64,000 nt of DNA from Eubacteriales bacterium (GTDB taxonomy: Bacteria; Bacillota; Clostridia; Oscillospirales; Oscillospiraceae): positions 2,097 to 66,096 of the forward strand of contig JAUNND010000002.1 in NCBI GenBank assembly GCA_030531595.1, written 5' to 3'. Position 1 is the stretch's first letter; each line of letters opens with the position of its first letter. The notes under the pieces are model-generated. The model made no database searches. It was not told the DNA's origin and worked only from the letters and a program-made list of their open reading frames with translations. The position numbers were made by a program, and so were the translations under genes. Positions 30,801 through 40,888 of this stretch are shown one piece after another.

Positions 30801-31548
30801 CGTTATCGACGAGGCCAAGAAGGGTGTCATGTACTCCATTACCGTTACAAACGAGGCCGACGGCGAGACATTTGTCACCACGGTTCCTCACTCCTCAGGT
30901 ATCCTTGTTCACAGCGGTGACCATGTCGATCGCGGTCAGGAGCTTACCTCGGGTGCTCTCAATCCCCACGATGTTCTGCGTGTCCGCGGCATTGATGACG
31001 ATGAATTCGGTCGTCAGGGCGTCCGCAGCTATATCACCAGCGAGGTCCAGAAGGTCTACCGTCAGCAGGGTGTTGACATCAACGACAAGCATATTGAGGT
31101 TATCGTCCGTCAGATGATGCGCAAGGTGCGTGTTGAGGAATCCGGCAGTACCGATCTGCTCTCCGGCTCCACGATTGATATCTCCACTCTTAAAGCTGCA
31201 AATAAAGCTCTTGATGAGCGCGAGGCAAACGGAGAAGAGGGACTTGTTCGGGCGACCTACACCCAGCTTCTCATGGGTATCACCAAGGCTTCTCTTGCTA
31301 CCGACAGCTGGCTGTCCGCCGCGTCCTTCCAGGAGACTACCAAGGTTCTCACCGATGCCGCTATCAAGGGTAAGGAAGACCACCTGATCGGTCTGAAGGA
31401 GAATGTCATTATCGGTAAACTCATCCCCGCCGGTACCGGTCTTGAACAGTACCGTGACTTTGAGGAGACGACCGATGAGTCCATTTCCGCAGAGCCCGAA
31501 AGCATTGTCGATCTCTCCGCTCTTGTGAGCAAGACCAACGCATTATAA
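27805..31548 (+). CDS. rpoC: DNA-directed RNA polymerase subunit beta'
   Basis: Unmistakable RpoC sequence (zinc-binding CHCGKYKK...CDRCGVEV; NADFDGDQM). The ATG at 27805 overlaps the rpoB TGA (TGATG) and has a GAGGAGGA SD 6 nt upstream. Confidence 0.97.
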   Translation: MSYAPFDAIQIGIASPEMILSWSHGEVKKPETINYRTLKPERDGLFCERIFGPTKDWECHCGKYKKIRYKGKICDRCGVEVTKSKVRRERMGHIELAAPVSHIWYFKGIPSRMGLMLDLTPRMLEKVLYFANYIVIDPGFTPMQRCQILTEREYRDMREKYEDDFKAGIGAEAIKELLAQIDCEKLAVELREELKSASGQKKAKLVKRLECVEAFRQSGNRPEWMVIDILPVIPPEIRPMVQLDGGRFATSDLNDLYRRVINRNNRLKKLQQLNAPDIIVRNEKRMLQEAVDALIDNGRRGRAVTGANSRALKSLSDMLKGKQGRFRQNLLGKRVDYSGRSVIVVGPDLKIYQCGVPKEMAIELFRPFVMKKLVEDGVANNIKSAKKMVDKQRTEVWDALEDVIKEHPVMLNRAPTLHRLGIQAFEPVLVEGRALKLHPLNCTAFNADFDGDQMAIHVPLSAEAQAEARLLMLSANNLLRPQDGNPVTVPTQDMILGSYYLTMMRIGKVEKGAEELWVTDAGDSEVVEANTMVDGDVIYEQNKELKAHGLKEISYMPKLMYRDAAEAIMAYNEGVVGLHAPIRLRVTKTVNGEEVSRIITTTVGRIIFNEPIPQDLGYVDRTDPEHMFDHEISFQVGKKQLGQIIDRCIRKYDFAISAEVLDSVKALGYKYSTRAAITISVADMTVPSDKKEMIASTEQEVVKIERQYKRGFITDDERYRLVVSEWEKTTKEVTDALSNCLDEYNPIYMMANSGARGSMNQIRQLAGMRGLMANTAGKTIEIPIKSNFREGLSVLEYFISTRGARKGMADTALRTADSGYLTRRMVDVCQDVIIREADCGTADGVWASAVYDRGQMVESFGTAIHGRFPVSPITDPESGEVLFDTNHMLLSKDAKVLEEHGITRAYIRSVLTCEAKIGVCARCYGMNLAIGKPVNAGEAVGVIAAQSIGEPGTQLTMRTFHTGGVAGDDITQGLPRVEELFEARKPKKMAVLSEISGTVVIDEAKKGVMYSITVTNEADGETFVTTVPHSSGILVHSGDHVDRGQELTSGALNPHDVLRVRGIDDDEFGRQGVRSYITSEVQKVYRQQGVDINDKHIEVIVRQMMRKVRVEESGSTDLLSGSTIDISTLKAANKALDEREANGEEGLVRATYTQLLMGITKASLATDSWLSAASFQETTKVLTDAAIKGKEDHLIGLKENVIIGKLIPAGTGLEQYRDFEETTDESISAEPESIVDLSALVSKTNAL

Positions 31549-31566
31549 TTTTCGGATAAAAAAAGT

Positions 31567-31599
31567 CAGAGTGTCGGAAAATTCCGGCACTCTGTTTTT
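31567..31599 (+). terminator. Intrinsic terminator of rpoC
   Basis: CAGAGTGTCGG-AAAATT-CCGGCACTCTG followed by TTTTT. Confidence 0.8.
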
Positions 31600-31619
31600 A
31601 TCATTTATCAGTGTATTTT

Positions 31620-33515
31620 TCAGTGTATTACCACATTCATGCCTGCGAGGTATTGCATGAGCGTGATGTAGTCGAATGCTTCTACCGTACCGCTGCCGTC
31701 GATGTCAAGAGCGTTCGGGTCGAAAAGCATCGTTTTGTCCCCTGCGTAATAGCGCATGAGCGTTATGAAGTCCTTTGTGCCGACATATCCGTCGCCGTTC
31801 ACATCTCCGGGTACTTTCCACACAGCATAAAGCGTTATGTCTGCATCGATCGTGTAGCTGCCGCCGCTTCTGTATATGACCTCTCTGCTTCCTCTGTCGA
31901 CTGCCCAGCCGACAAAAGAATAGCCATTACGGGTTGGTACCTCCAAAGAGAGCGTCAGATCCTCACCGGCAGTTTTAAACTGCGCGGCGATCACACCCTC
32001 ACCGCCGTTGGCATCATAGGTGACAAGATAACGGACTGTGGGTGTAATAGTTGTGCTGATCACGCTTGAAAAGCTGTTTGGCGTGTTCGACAGGGCTATC
32101 ACTGCCGCGCCTGCTTCTTGGAAAAATCCATAGATCTGGCTGCCTTCCGGGGCTGTGTACACGGTTTTGCTCTGACCGTCGGCGGGAGAATATGTATATA
32201 CGCGGTCTGCGTCGTTCAGCCAAAGCAGACCTTTGTCATATGAAAGGAACGAATATGTTCCCTGCCAATAGCCGGAGCCGCCTGACTTCCAGATTGTGTC
32301 AAGCGTGAGCAGAGCTTCTGAGATGCCGGTGAGCATATCTCGGCAGTAAAGCGTGACTGTATAGCCGTAACTGGAGGAGCTTTTGGTACCCAGCAGATAA
32401 TATGCGCTCTGCGCATCAGGCATTACGATCTGACTTTTGCTTTCCGTCCAGAAACCTCCCGCATCGTATGTCGTTGACTGACACGGGTGACTGCTCACCC
32501 AGTTATTATGATTAAGAGTTCCTCCCATTCTCTGGTCGCTGGCGAGAAAATGTGTATGCATGGCCTTACCCGGAACGCCCTGCTTGGCAGAATTGCTCTG
32601 GTCATCCCATGTAATATCTGTATGATACCAGTCGTTATCCAGCATGACAGCATTCCATGCATGCTGCATTGTGTCACTTGTCACTACTTCACATCCGATG
32701 CCGCAGTGCCTCAGAAGCTCAAAGTAGGCCAGTGCATAGCCTTGACATACACAGCTTCCGGTCACGAGCGCGTCATATGAATTAAAGCGTGACAGACTGT
32801 AGTCATAATCAATATGTTCCGCCAGATAATCATGTAGCACAAGAGCCTTCTGCAGATCCGTCATGCCATCCTTCACGCAGGCAAGCGCTTTCCGGATCGC
32901 CGCTTCATAGGCCTGCTCCGTATGAGAATAATTTGCATCATAGGTCAATATATATCTGGTTACATAGTTTCCCGTAGGGCTGTATCCGTAGTTGAACGTG
33001 TTACACACATAATACAGCTCCGGATGAGAGTTCAGCGTTTCGGTAAATACAGTCAGTACATCACTTACCGGAATTCTGAACTGGCGTACATCAATCTCTG
33101 TGGTATAATTTTTCATTCCGGCAACCAACGATTCAATTGCACCGCTCTTGTTATATGCGTTGGCGGTCAACAGGAACCTGCGCCGGGGAAGAAAACCACC
33201 CGATGACAGAACATTGGCGCTCGCATCAACATAAATATATTCTTCATCTTCACTGAATTCATTTGATGCAACGCCCGCTGATTTGAAGCTGTCTCCGATG
33301 ACCTCCGTGAGTATTTCAACATTCGGTAATTCCTCCGGAGTATCGGTAAGTGTCTCTGCCGATTCTTCAGGCAAAGCATCCTCTTCCGAAAGCTCAGGGA
33401 TATCTTCCGTTATCCGATCCACGGAAACAGATAATTCCTCCTCGGCGAATGCTCCGAGCGGAAACAGAGAAAGGAACATTGCGATACACAGGAACAGAGC
33501 GAAGGTCCTTCTCAT
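31620..33515 (-). CDS. Secreted transglutaminase-like (Cys-His-Asp) protein with a Listeria/Bacteroides repeat and a C-terminal type I dockerin
   Basis: It has a signal peptide (MRRTFALFLCIAMFLSLFPLGAFA). The transglutaminase core is GSCVCQGYALAY...HAWN...DITWDD. A Flg_new-like repeat reads VTYDANGGEG...NGYSFVGWA. The dockerin has duplicated Ca loops, DVNGDGYVGTKD and DIDGSGTVEAFD. Confidence 0.75.
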   Translation of the reverse strand: MRRTFALFLCIAMFLSLFPLGAFAEEELSVSVDRITEDIPELSEEDALPEESAETLTDTPEELPNVEILTEVIGDSFKSAGVASNEFSEDEEYIYVDASANVLSSGGFLPRRRFLLTANAYNKSGAIESLVAGMKNYTTEIDVRQFRIPVSDVLTVFTETLNSHPELYYVCNTFNYGYSPTGNYVTRYILTYDANYSHTEQAYEAAIRKALACVKDGMTDLQKALVLHDYLAEHIDYDYSLSRFNSYDALVTGSCVCQGYALAYFELLRHCGIGCEVVTSDTMQHAWNAVMLDNDWYHTDITWDDQSNSAKQGVPGKAMHTHFLASDQRMGGTLNHNNWVSSHPCQSTTYDAGGFWTESKSQIVMPDAQSAYYLLGTKSSSSYGYTVTLYCRDMLTGISEALLTLDTIWKSGGSGYWQGTYSFLSYDKGLLWLNDADRVYTYSPADGQSKTVYTAPEGSQIYGFFQEAGAAVIALSNTPNSFSSVISTTITPTVRYLVTYDANGGEGVIAAQFKTAGEDLTLSLEVPTRNGYSFVGWAVDRGSREVIYRSGGSYTIDADITLYAVWKVPGDVNGDGYVGTKDFITLMRYYAGDKTMLFDPNALDIDGSGTVEAFDYITLMQYLAGMNVVIH

Positions 33516-33637
33516 TGGTTTATCCTCCTGTTTAACGAATTCAGTAAATTATCTCAAACAATTCAGACGGGGGAAAATGCTCTTTGCGGATTCTGTCTTA
33601 AAATACTCTTAAACGGCAGTTATGGATTTGCAAGCGA

Positions 33638-34324
33638 TCAGTGAGCCTTCGGGTACTCATTGCAGAGCAGACGGTACGGTTCTTCGTCCTCTTCGATAGT
33701 CGGGAAGCGACCCACAGGCGGATTGAATCGGTTATCCGTGTTGTCATCATTGCACTGGCTTACTTCTCCGAGCAAAACAGGACCTGTGCCCGGTTCAACA
33801 TTAAAATCATGGTACATGAACTGCCGGATATGTATGCTCTCTCCCGGCGTCAGGCGCACCTGTGTACCTGCCGGGACGGTGTATGTCCTGCCGTCCGTAT
33901 ACACCGTTACATCGGATTCATAGTCGATAGATTCGTCCTGCAGAGAATTATATACTCTGATCAAAATATTGCCGCCGCAGCGGTTAATGATATCCTCAGT
34001 CTTATACCAGTGGAAATGATTGGGGCTGTACTGTCCCTCTTTCATATAAAGAAGCTTTTCGGCATAGACCTTCGGGTATTTCTCCGGCATGGCGCGATTG
34101 CCGTTTCTTATGGTGATAAGTGACATACCGGTCTTTTCAAAGTCCCCGAGACCGTAGTCGGTTATATCCCAGCCCAGCATACATTCACGGATCTCATCGT
34201 ACTCATGCCCGATGCCCTGCCACTGCTCCGGCGTAAAATGACAGAAGGGGGGCAGATTAATTTTGTTTTCCCCAATAAAGCTCTCCAGCTCGCGGAGAAC
34301 GGAGTTGATCTGACTTCTTTTCAT
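33638..34324 (-). CDS. D-lyxose/D-mannose ketol-isomerase (cupin)
   Basis: A 228-aa ORF. Its length and motifs (HFHWYKTEDIINRCGG...) resemble the Lyx_isomer family. Confidence 0.6.
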   Translation of the reverse strand: MKRSQINSVLRELESFIGENKINLPPFCHFTPEQWQGIGHEYDEIRECMLGWDITDYGLGDFEKTGMSLITIRNGNRAMPEKYPKVYAEKLLYMKEGQYSPNHFHWYKTEDIINRCGGNILIRVYNSLQDESIDYESDVTVYTDGRTYTVPAGTQVRLTPGESIHIRQFMYHDFNVEPGTGPVLLGEVSQCNDDNTDNRFNPPVGRFPTIEEDEEPYRLLCNEYPKAH

Positions 34325-34342
34325 TGTAAGCTTCCTCTGATA

Positions 34343-35035
34343 TTATTTCTGTCCGTAATATGCGTTGGCGCCGTGCTTTCTGAAATAATGCTTGTCCTGG
34401 ATCCGCTGCGGTGCGCTCATGGCAAAGGGCTTTATCTGTCTTGTATAGCGTGCCATTTTAGCGACTTCTTCCAGCACGACCGCATTCTCAACTGCTTTGG
34501 CGGGGGTTTTTCCCCAGGTAAAAGGACCGTGGCTTGCGCAGATAACTGCCTGAACGGCCTCCGGATCGATGCCTCTCTTTGCAAATTCCTCGATAATGAC
34601 CTTGCCTGTATTGCGTTCATAGTCCTCAAGCTCTTCGTCCGTCAGATCACGTGTGCATGGCACACAGCCGTAGAAATAATCCGCATGGGTAGTACCGAAG
34701 CACGGGATATCCTCGTGTGCCTGCGCCCATGCAACGGCGTTTGGAGAATGGGTGTGGACGATACCGCCAAGAGTCGGGAAAGCCTTATACAGCTCAACAT
34801 GGGTCTTTGTGTCAGATGACGGATTGAGATCGCCCTCAACAATATTGTTGTCAAGATCAAGCACAACGAGCTTTTCCGGCGTCAGATCCTCATAGGCAAC
34901 GCCGGATGGCTTTATCACGATAAGTCCCTTTTCTCTGTCGATACCGGAAACGTTTCCCCATGTGTATGTAACAAGATTTCTTTTCGGAAGCTCCATATTC
35001 GCTTCATATACGGTTTTTTTCAGTTGTTCAAGCAT
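34343..35035 (-). CDS. araD: L-ribulose-5-phosphate 4-epimerase
   Basis: A 230-aa ORF, class II aldolase/adducin fold. The motifs NVSGIDREKGLIVIKPSG and THVELY...VHTHS are typical of AraD. Confidence 0.85.
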   Translation of the reverse strand: MLEQLKKTVYEANMELPKRNLVTYTWGNVSGIDREKGLIVIKPSGVAYEDLTPEKLVVLDLDNNIVEGDLNPSSDTKTHVELYKAFPTLGGIVHTHSPNAVAWAQAHEDIPCFGTTHADYFYGCVPCTRDLTDEELEDYERNTGKVIIEEFAKRGIDPEAVQAVICASHGPFTWGKTPAKAVENAVVLEEVAKMARYTRQIKPFAMSAPQRIQDKHYFRKHGANAYYGQK

Positions 35036-35055
35036 GATCGATCCTCTTTTCTGAA

Positions 35056-35988
35056 TTAATATATTTTTCTTACGGGAATAAGCGCAAGCATTTCATCATA
35101 GCTCTCTCTTGTGCACATATCGGTTCCTTCACGTATCAGCGAGCCGTGCGCGCAGGCAACACCGGAGCGAAGCTGCTCCATTCCGCCGAGTCCCTTTTCA
35201 ACGGCGATGCATATACCGGCAACAACGGAATCTCCGGCACCCTGAAAGCCTCTGACTTCGATATCAAGCCCTTCCGAGAACCATGCGCCCTCACTGTCGG
35301 CAAGGATGCATCCGTCACTGCCCAGAGACAGACATACGGCTCCTGCCCCGAGTTTCATCAGCTCATGACAGCCATCGATACACTCATCAATACTGTTTAA
35401 GCTCCTGCGCAAAAGCTGCTCAAGCTCTGTCCTGTTCGGCTTGACCATATCGGGTCTTGCCGAGAGCCCCTTTTCAAGCAGTTCTCCCGAAGCGTCCAGA
35501 ACAGAATAAACATTCTTCTTTTTTGCAATATTTATCATACGGGCATATATGTCCGTGCCGATCCCGGGAGGGACGCTTCCGTCGGCAACGAGCACGTCGA
35601 CCCGCTCAAGAGCCTTCTCAAAGACTTCCATAAATGCGTTTTCTTCGAGCATGGTCATTTGAGGACCTTTACAGTTCAGCTCCGTCATGCAGCACGCATT
35701 TTCGTCAAATACTTTGGTATTTACCCGAAGTTCCGCATCTACATCGACCCCGTAAAACGGAATGTTCATGGAGCTCAGAAAGTCGGATACCTGATGGCCG
35801 TTCCGTATAAAGTCAAAGCCGGCGGCGCGTGTATCGATCCCGAGATTATGCAGCACGACGTTGACATCAATGCCTTTTCCCGCCACGACGTTCTGAACTC
35901 TTTGGACAACATTGTGCCCTCCGACATTGAGAGCATCGACCGACAGTGTCCTGTCAATGCACGGATTGAGCGTAACAGTCAATATCAC
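35056..35988 (-). CDS. PfkB-family sugar kinase (1-phosphofructokinase/tagatose-6-phosphate kinase type)
   Basis: It shows the ILTVTLNPCIDRT N-terminus and the GAGDSVVAG ATP motif. I prefer GTG 35988, which lies 6 nt after an AAGGAGG SD, over ATG 36012. Confidence 0.8.
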   Translation of the reverse strand: MILTVTLNPCIDRTLSVDALNVGGHNVVQRVQNVVAGKGIDVNVVLHNLGIDTRAAGFDFIRNGHQVSDFLSSMNIPFYGVDVDAELRVNTKVFDENACCMTELNCKGPQMTMLEENAFMEVFEKALERVDVLVADGSVPPGIGTDIYARMINIAKKKNVYSVLDASGELLEKGLSARPDMVKPNRTELEQLLRRSLNSIDECIDGCHELMKLGAGAVCLSLGSDGCILADSEGAWFSEGLDIEVRGFQGAGDSVVAGICIAVEKGLGGMEQLRSGVACAHGSLIREGTDMCTRESYDEMLALIPVRKIY

Positions 35989-36036
35989 GGTGATCCTCCT
36001 TTCACACTGCAATACCTCTTATATCTGTCGAGTCTC

Positions 36037-36091
36037 TGAAAACGTTGGAACGTTACACACCTATTATAATGTTTTTTATTCCCAATAGCAA
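36037..36091 (-). promoter_or_regulatory. Promoter and palindromic operator of the pfkB-araD-lyxose isomerase operon
   Basis: On the minus strand: TTGCTA (rc of 36086-36091), a 17-nt spacer, TATAAT (rc of 36063-36068). This is followed by the palindrome TGTAACGTT-CC-AACGTTTTCA (rc of 36037-36057). Confidence 0.55.
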
Positions 36092-36214
36092 GAATTTGTT
36101 ATTTTTTTGCTGATGAAATTCAAAAGCCGCCGTGAAGCAGCATGATACTTGCCGGAATAATAAAAAAGTTCAGAAAAACCTGCAAAAAAGCTTTTCTGAA
36201 CTCTTTTGATGAAA

Positions 36215-36569
36215 TGGAGATGAGGGGAGTTGAACCCCTGTCCGAAAGTACATCAACAGGAACCTCTCCGGGCGCAGACGGTTATTTACATTCCCTCGCC
36301 GGAGCGTGAGCCGTCACACTCACCGGCTTGGTAGCTTCATTGTTCATGGCACGCTCAAAGCTTTGCGCACTCACGTGCACCACTCGTCGACGCCCCATCC
36401 CGAGCCGTGGTACTCTCAGGCGGAACGCTCGCAATTAAGCTGCGAGAAGACCGTTTCTAACGGTAAAAGGTTTGTTCTTTAATTTATAAAGATTGCCCGT
36501 TTTATGGATGTCAGGCGCATCCGCCCGCTATTCCTGCCTCCGCGCCCCCGTCGAAACCGTTACATCCCC
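36215..36569 (-). ncRNA. ssrA: tmRNA (SsrA)
   Basis: The minus strand starts GGGGATGTAACGGTTTCGACGGGGG. It ends GGGGTTCAACTCCCCTCATCTCCA (T-arm plus acceptor with a G3-U pair). The internal tag frame reads ...NKPFTVRNGLLAA-TAA. CCA is not encoded. smpB lies 0.6 kb away. Confidence 0.9.
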
Positions 36570-36624
36570 GTATAAACTCAGAGCAATGCTCTGAGTGGGT
36601 GAAATCGGTTATGCGGGAAAAAGA

Positions 36625-37143
36625 TCAGCATTTTTCCGGCTGAGGATACTCAACGCCGAAGGTATCGACCGTGACGTTCTTCATGACCTGAGGAATTCTC
36701 GGTTTGTCATTATAGTCTGTGCGCACCTCGCATATCCTGTCAACGACATCAATACCCTCGATGACCTTGCCGAAGGAGGCATACTGACCGTCAAGATGAG
36801 GGGAGTCCTCATGCATCACAAAAAACTGACTGCCTGCGGAGTCGGGTGCATTTGTACGCGCCATTGACAGAACGCCTCTTGAATGCTTCAGCTCGTTTTT
36901 AAAGCCGTTTCTTGAAAATTCACCCTTGATGCAGTAGCCGGGACCGCCGGTGCCGGTGCCTTTGGGGTCGCCGCCCTGGATCATGAAACCGGGAATTACA
37001 CGGTGGAATATAAGACCGTTGTAAAATCCGCTCTTTACAAGAGAAATAAAGTTATTGACGGTGTTGGGGGCGATTTCGGGGTACAGCTCGGCCTTCATTA
37101 CATCGCCGGACTCCATTTCGATCGTTACAACAGGATTACTCAT
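36625..37143 (-). CDS. ppiB: Peptidyl-prolyl cis-trans isomerase (cyclophilin type)
   Basis: A 172-aa ORF with [15 protein letters not shown] and [16 protein letters not shown] motifs. Its start overlaps the smpB stop (ATGA). Confidence 0.9.
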   Translation of the reverse strand: MSNPVVTIEMESGDVMKAELYPEIAPNTVNNFISLVKSGFYNGLIFHRVIPGFMIQGGDPKGTGTGGPGYCIKGEFSRNGFKNELKHSRGVLSMARTNAPDSAGSQFFVMHEDSPHLDGQYASFGKVIEGIDVVDRICEVRTDYNDKPRIPQVMKNVTVDTFGVEYPQPEKC

Positions 37144-37622
37144 TCATAGTTCCTCTCTTTCATCATTCTGTCAATATCACGTTTTGACTGGCGATCAGCT
37201 TCGCTGTCGCGCTTATCGTGCAGCTTTTTGCCTTTGCACAATCCGAGCTCAACCTTGACTCTGCTGTCCTTGAAATAAAGCGAGATCGGTATCAGCGCCA
37301 CGCCGTCCTGCATGATGCGGGCATTGAGCTTTAATATCTCACGCTTGTGCATCAGAAGCCGTCTCGGCCGCACAGGATCTTTGTTGAAGATATTTCCCTG
37401 CTCATAAGGGGAAATATGCATGGAGCGGATAAAAAGCTCCCCGTTCTTGATGGTGCAGAAAGCATCCTTGAGGTTGACGTTTCCGGCACGGATCGATTTG
37501 ACCTCTGTGCCTGCCAGCTCAATACCCGCCTCATAGCGTTCAAGGACAAAATACTCATGGAAAGCTTTCCGGTTCACCGCTATTTCTTTTTTTCCCTGTT
37601 GCTTCGGCAAGGCTGAACTCAC
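37140..37622 (-). CDS. smpB: SsrA-binding protein
   Basis: A 160-aa ORF with NRKAFHEYF...GTEVKS...H(I)SPY motifs. The exact start is uncertain (GTG 37622 or the TTG four codons downstream). Confidence 0.9.
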   Translation of the reverse strand: MSSALPKQQGKKEIAVNRKAFHEYFVLERYEAGIELAGTEVKSIRAGNVNLKDAFCTIKNGELFIRSMHISPYEQGNIFNKDPVRPRRLLMHKREILKLNARIMQDGVALIPISLYFKDSRVKVELGLCKGKKLHDKRDSEADRQSKRDIDRMMKERNYE

Positions 37623-37783
37623 TTCCTCTCTTTGTTCAGTATACCATATACCGTGCAGGAATTAAAGTCTAAATTGAAAACATGAAATATTTTTTTCCGA
37701 TCGTATATATTATTTTATCCTCTGCTTGCGAAAATGTGTTTGATGTCGTATAATTACAAAATAAGAATCTAACGGAGGCTTCA

Positions 37784-39364
37784 ATGAAAAATTTTCTCAG
37801 AAGATATCTATCTCTCATTATCGCCCTGATCATTGTAAGCTCTGTCTGCTGCCTTTTTGCCGGCAGGAAAGAGGGCCTTTTTATAGATGAGGCCTATACC
37901 TACGGACTTTCAAACAGCTATTATGCACCTTATGTTTACGACATAAAAGACAAGGACATGATCGATAAGGTCATAAGCCATGAGGAGTTGCTTGATTACA
38001 TGACGGTAGGGGAGGATGACGCCTTTGCTTTCTGCTCGGTATATTACAATCAGTCGATGGATGTTCATCCGCCGCTTTATTACTGGCTTTTCAATTTTGC
38101 GTCCAGCCTTCACAGGGGCGTAATGGACTTCAAAGCGGGGCTTATACTTAATTACGTCATATATATACTTACGCTTGTTTTCCTTTATAAGCTTGCGTTT
38201 ATACTTTTTAACAGCCGTGACATAGCGGTGTCGGCGGTCGTACTATACGGTCTGAGCGTAATAGGGCTTTCAACGATGCTGATGATACGGATGTACGTGC
38301 TTCTGACGCTTGAAACGGTCCTGCTTGCGTATTTTATAGCTCTTAACATGCGCGAGAGAAAAACAAGATACTGCATCGCCGCCGGTATTACGGTATTTGC
38401 GGGGCTTATGACGCAGTACTATTTTGTGTTCTACGCATTTTTCGTGTGCCTTTCATATTTAATATTCGCACTTGCAAAAAAGGATATTCGCGGGACACTC
38501 GTTTTCTCTGTTTCGGCATTGCTTGGAGTCATCGCACTTGTCGTTGCCTTCCCGCCGTTTATAAAGCAGCTTACAGCCGACGCGCTCGTATCGGGCGGAA
38601 GCGCCGTTGAAAACGCGAAAAACACAGCGATGTATATGACAAGACTTTCGGGCTTTAGAGCGGATTGTACGCACAGGATGAAGGCAATCATATTTACGGC
38701 TCTTGCGTTTCTTGCCCTTTGCATTGTTTTTTGCAAAAAAATTGCCGTCAGTGCGAGAGAAGGAAAGCTAAGCTTTACGTCGCTTATTGTTATTATACCT
38801 GCTTTTGTGACCTTTGCTGTTGTTTCGATAGTATCTCCGGTCAACGAGCTTAGGTATGTGTACAACATAATCCCTCTTTTTGCGCTTGCCGTATGCTTTC
38901 TTATGTATCTTGCGGATGTATCTGCCGGAGAGTTCAGAAAAAGCCGGTTTATTAAAAAAGGCGTGCTTTTGCTTGTCACGGCTCTGGCACTCTGGGAGGC
39001 GAGGTGTCTGCCTCCGGATTATCTTTATGACGAATACTCCGACTATGACGCACTTCTGAAACCGCACACCGGCTCACCCTGTGTATATTTTGATAACAAT
39101 TACAACTCCCCCTTGACATACGACATGATGCAGATTATGCTGTTTGATGAAATTTTTGTCACAAATGATACGGCTTCGTCCGCAATGCTCGATTATATCG
39201 GGGATGCAGACGAGATGGTCACTTTTATCGATATCAGCAAAGACTGGGCCAGCGGATATGACAGTAAAGAAATTCTGGACGGACTGATGCAGAATACTGA
39301 TTTTACAACAGCCACACAGCTCTACTCAAATGGCTTTTCGGATGTATATCTGCTTGAAAAATAA
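37784..39364 (+). CDS. GT-C family membrane glycosyltransferase (GT39/ArnT-like)
   Basis: A 526-aa ORF with an ACGGAGG SD and about 11 TM helices. It has an early DE motif (FIDEAYTY), HPPLYY, and a soluble C-terminal domain. Confidence 0.6.
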   Translation: MKNFLRRYLSLIIALIIVSSVCCLFAGRKEGLFIDEAYTYGLSNSYYAPYVYDIKDKDMIDKVISHEELLDYMTVGEDDAFAFCSVYYNQSMDVHPPLYYWLFNFASSLHRGVMDFKAGLILNYVIYILTLVFLYKLAFILFNSRDIAVSAVVLYGLSVIGLSTMLMIRMYVLLTLETVLLAYFIALNMRERKTRYCIAAGITVFAGLMTQYYFVFYAFFVCLSYLIFALAKKDIRGTLVFSVSALLGVIALVVAFPPFIKQLTADALVSGGSAVENAKNTAMYMTRLSGFRADCTHRMKAIIFTALAFLALCIVFCKKIAVSAREGKLSFTSLIVIIPAFVTFAVVSIVSPVNELRYVYNIIPLFALAVCFLMYLADVSAGEFRKSRFIKKGVLLLVTALALWEARCLPPDYLYDEYSDYDALLKPHTGSPCVYFDNNYNSPLTYDMMQIMLFDEIFVTNDTASSAMLDYIGDADEMVTFIDISKDWASGYDSKEILDGLMQNTDFTTATQLYSNGFSDVYLLEK

Positions 39365-39379
39365 ATAAGGAGAAAACAG

Positions 39380-40300
39380 ATGCTTTCGGTAATACTTCCT
39401 TCTTATAACGAAGAAAAAATGATCCTGATCGCTGCGGATACTATCTCCCGTATCCTTTCAGCCGAGAAAATAGAATATGAGCTTGTTTTTGTTGACGACG
39501 GCTCAAAGGACACCACATGGGATAAAATACAGGAGGCAAATCAGAAAGATCCGAATGTTGTCGGAGTACATTTCAGCCGCAATTTCGGCAAGGAAGCTGC
39601 CATGTTTGCCGGACTTGAAAAAGCCTCCGGCGATTGCTGCGTTGTCATGGACTGTGACCTCCAGCATCCGCCTGAGAAGCTTGTGGAGATGTACCGCCTG
39701 TGGGAGCAGGGCTTCGAGGTCGTTGAAGGGATCAAAGAGGACAGGGGAGAGGAGAGCGGCTTCCATAAGTTTGCCGCAAACAGCTTCTATTCTCTTATGA
39801 GCAAGGCCATCGGCATGGATATGGGTTCATCCTCCGACTTCAAGCTTCTTGACCGCAAGGTAGTCGACACTTTGAATGCCATGTCGGAGAGAAATGTGTT
39901 TTTCCGTGCGCTTTCATTCTGGGTCGGTTTCAAAAAAGCATCGGTCACTTATTGTGTTCAAGAGCGTACAGAGGGTGAGAGCAAGTGGTCGACGAAATCG
40001 CTCATTAAATATGCCATCACAAATATCGGCTCTTTTTCTTCGGCGCCGCTCCATGTCATAACGATCCTCGGAATCGTAATGCTGATCACGGCGATCGTAT
40101 TCGGCGTTATTTCTTTGGTACAGAAGCTCACAGGACAGGCTGTCGCAGGATTTACAACGGTCATACTGCTCTCTCTGTTTTCCAGCAGCGTTATCATGAT
40201 AAGCCTCGGGATCATCGGCTACTATCTTGCACGTGTCTATGAGGAGATCAAGGGCAGACCCCGCTACATCGTTTCCAAAACGGTAGGAGAAAAGAAATGA
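39380..40300 (+). CDS. GT2 polyprenyl-phosphate glycosyltransferase (GtrB/ArnC/CsbB-like)
   Basis: A 306-aa ORF with the pattern SVILPSYNEE...VDDGSKD...DCDLQHPP and two C-terminal TM helices. Confidence 0.8.
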   Translation: MLSVILPSYNEEKMILIAADTISRILSAEKIEYELVFVDDGSKDTTWDKIQEANQKDPNVVGVHFSRNFGKEAAMFAGLEKASGDCCVVMDCDLQHPPEKLVEMYRLWEQGFEVVEGIKEDRGEESGFHKFAANSFYSLMSKAIGMDMGSSSDFKLLDRKVVDTLNAMSERNVFFRALSFWVGFKKASVTYCVQERTEGESKWSTKSLIKYAITNIGSFSSAPLHVITILGIVMLITAIVFGVISLVQKLTGQAVAGFTTVILLSLFSSSVIMISLGIIGYYLARVYEEIKGRPRYIVSKTVGEKK

Positions 40301-40791
40301 GAAAGCTTATACTGAATATTCTTGTTTTCTTCAAGAAACTTTTTCGTCCCGGAAGCAGGGGAGAAGCGTTCTTTCAGTTTTGGATAGACAAGATCGAGAT
40401 AGTTGTTTACCTTGTTGTGGGCGTCCTTACAACGATCGTCTCCTGGGCGGCTAAATTTGCATTTAATTTTGTTTTCTATGCCGGAACGGCACATCCGACC
40501 TCCGTACAGAATTTTATTCTTAGTGCCGTTAACTGGATAGCCGGTGTGGCTTTTGCGTATCCTACAAACCGGGCATGGGTCTTTGAAAGCAAAGATCCGA
40601 AAATACTGCCCGAATGTACGAAATTTGTCCTTTCGAGAGTATCGACTCTTGTCCTTGATATCGTAGTAATGCAGGTGCTCGGAGCTTTGGGCATGAATCT
40701 TTATGCCGCCACACTGATCTCTGCCGTACTTGTCATCATCGGAAATTATGTGTTCAGCAAACTGTTTGTCTTCAAAGCGCAGAAGAAGTAA
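40297..40791 (+). CDS. GtrA-family membrane protein
   Basis: A 164-aa ORF with 4 TM helices. Its ATG overlaps the upstream stop (ATGA). The FVFSKLFVF C-terminus is typical of GtrA. Confidence 0.7.
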   Translation: MRKLILNILVFFKKLFRPGSRGEAFFQFWIDKIEIVVYLVVGVLTTIVSWAAKFAFNFVFYAGTAHPTSVQNFILSAVNWIAGVAFAYPTNRAWVFESKDPKILPECTKFVLSRVSTLVLDIVVMQVLGALGMNLYAATLISAVLVIIGNYVFSKLFVFKAQKK

Positions 40792-40888
40792 ACTTTTAAG
40801 GATATGCCGATTAATTCGCCGCAAGCAGATGACGGAGGTGAATTATTCGGCGATTTCTTAAGAAAGCAGAGATTAAGAAGGTAAAAAG

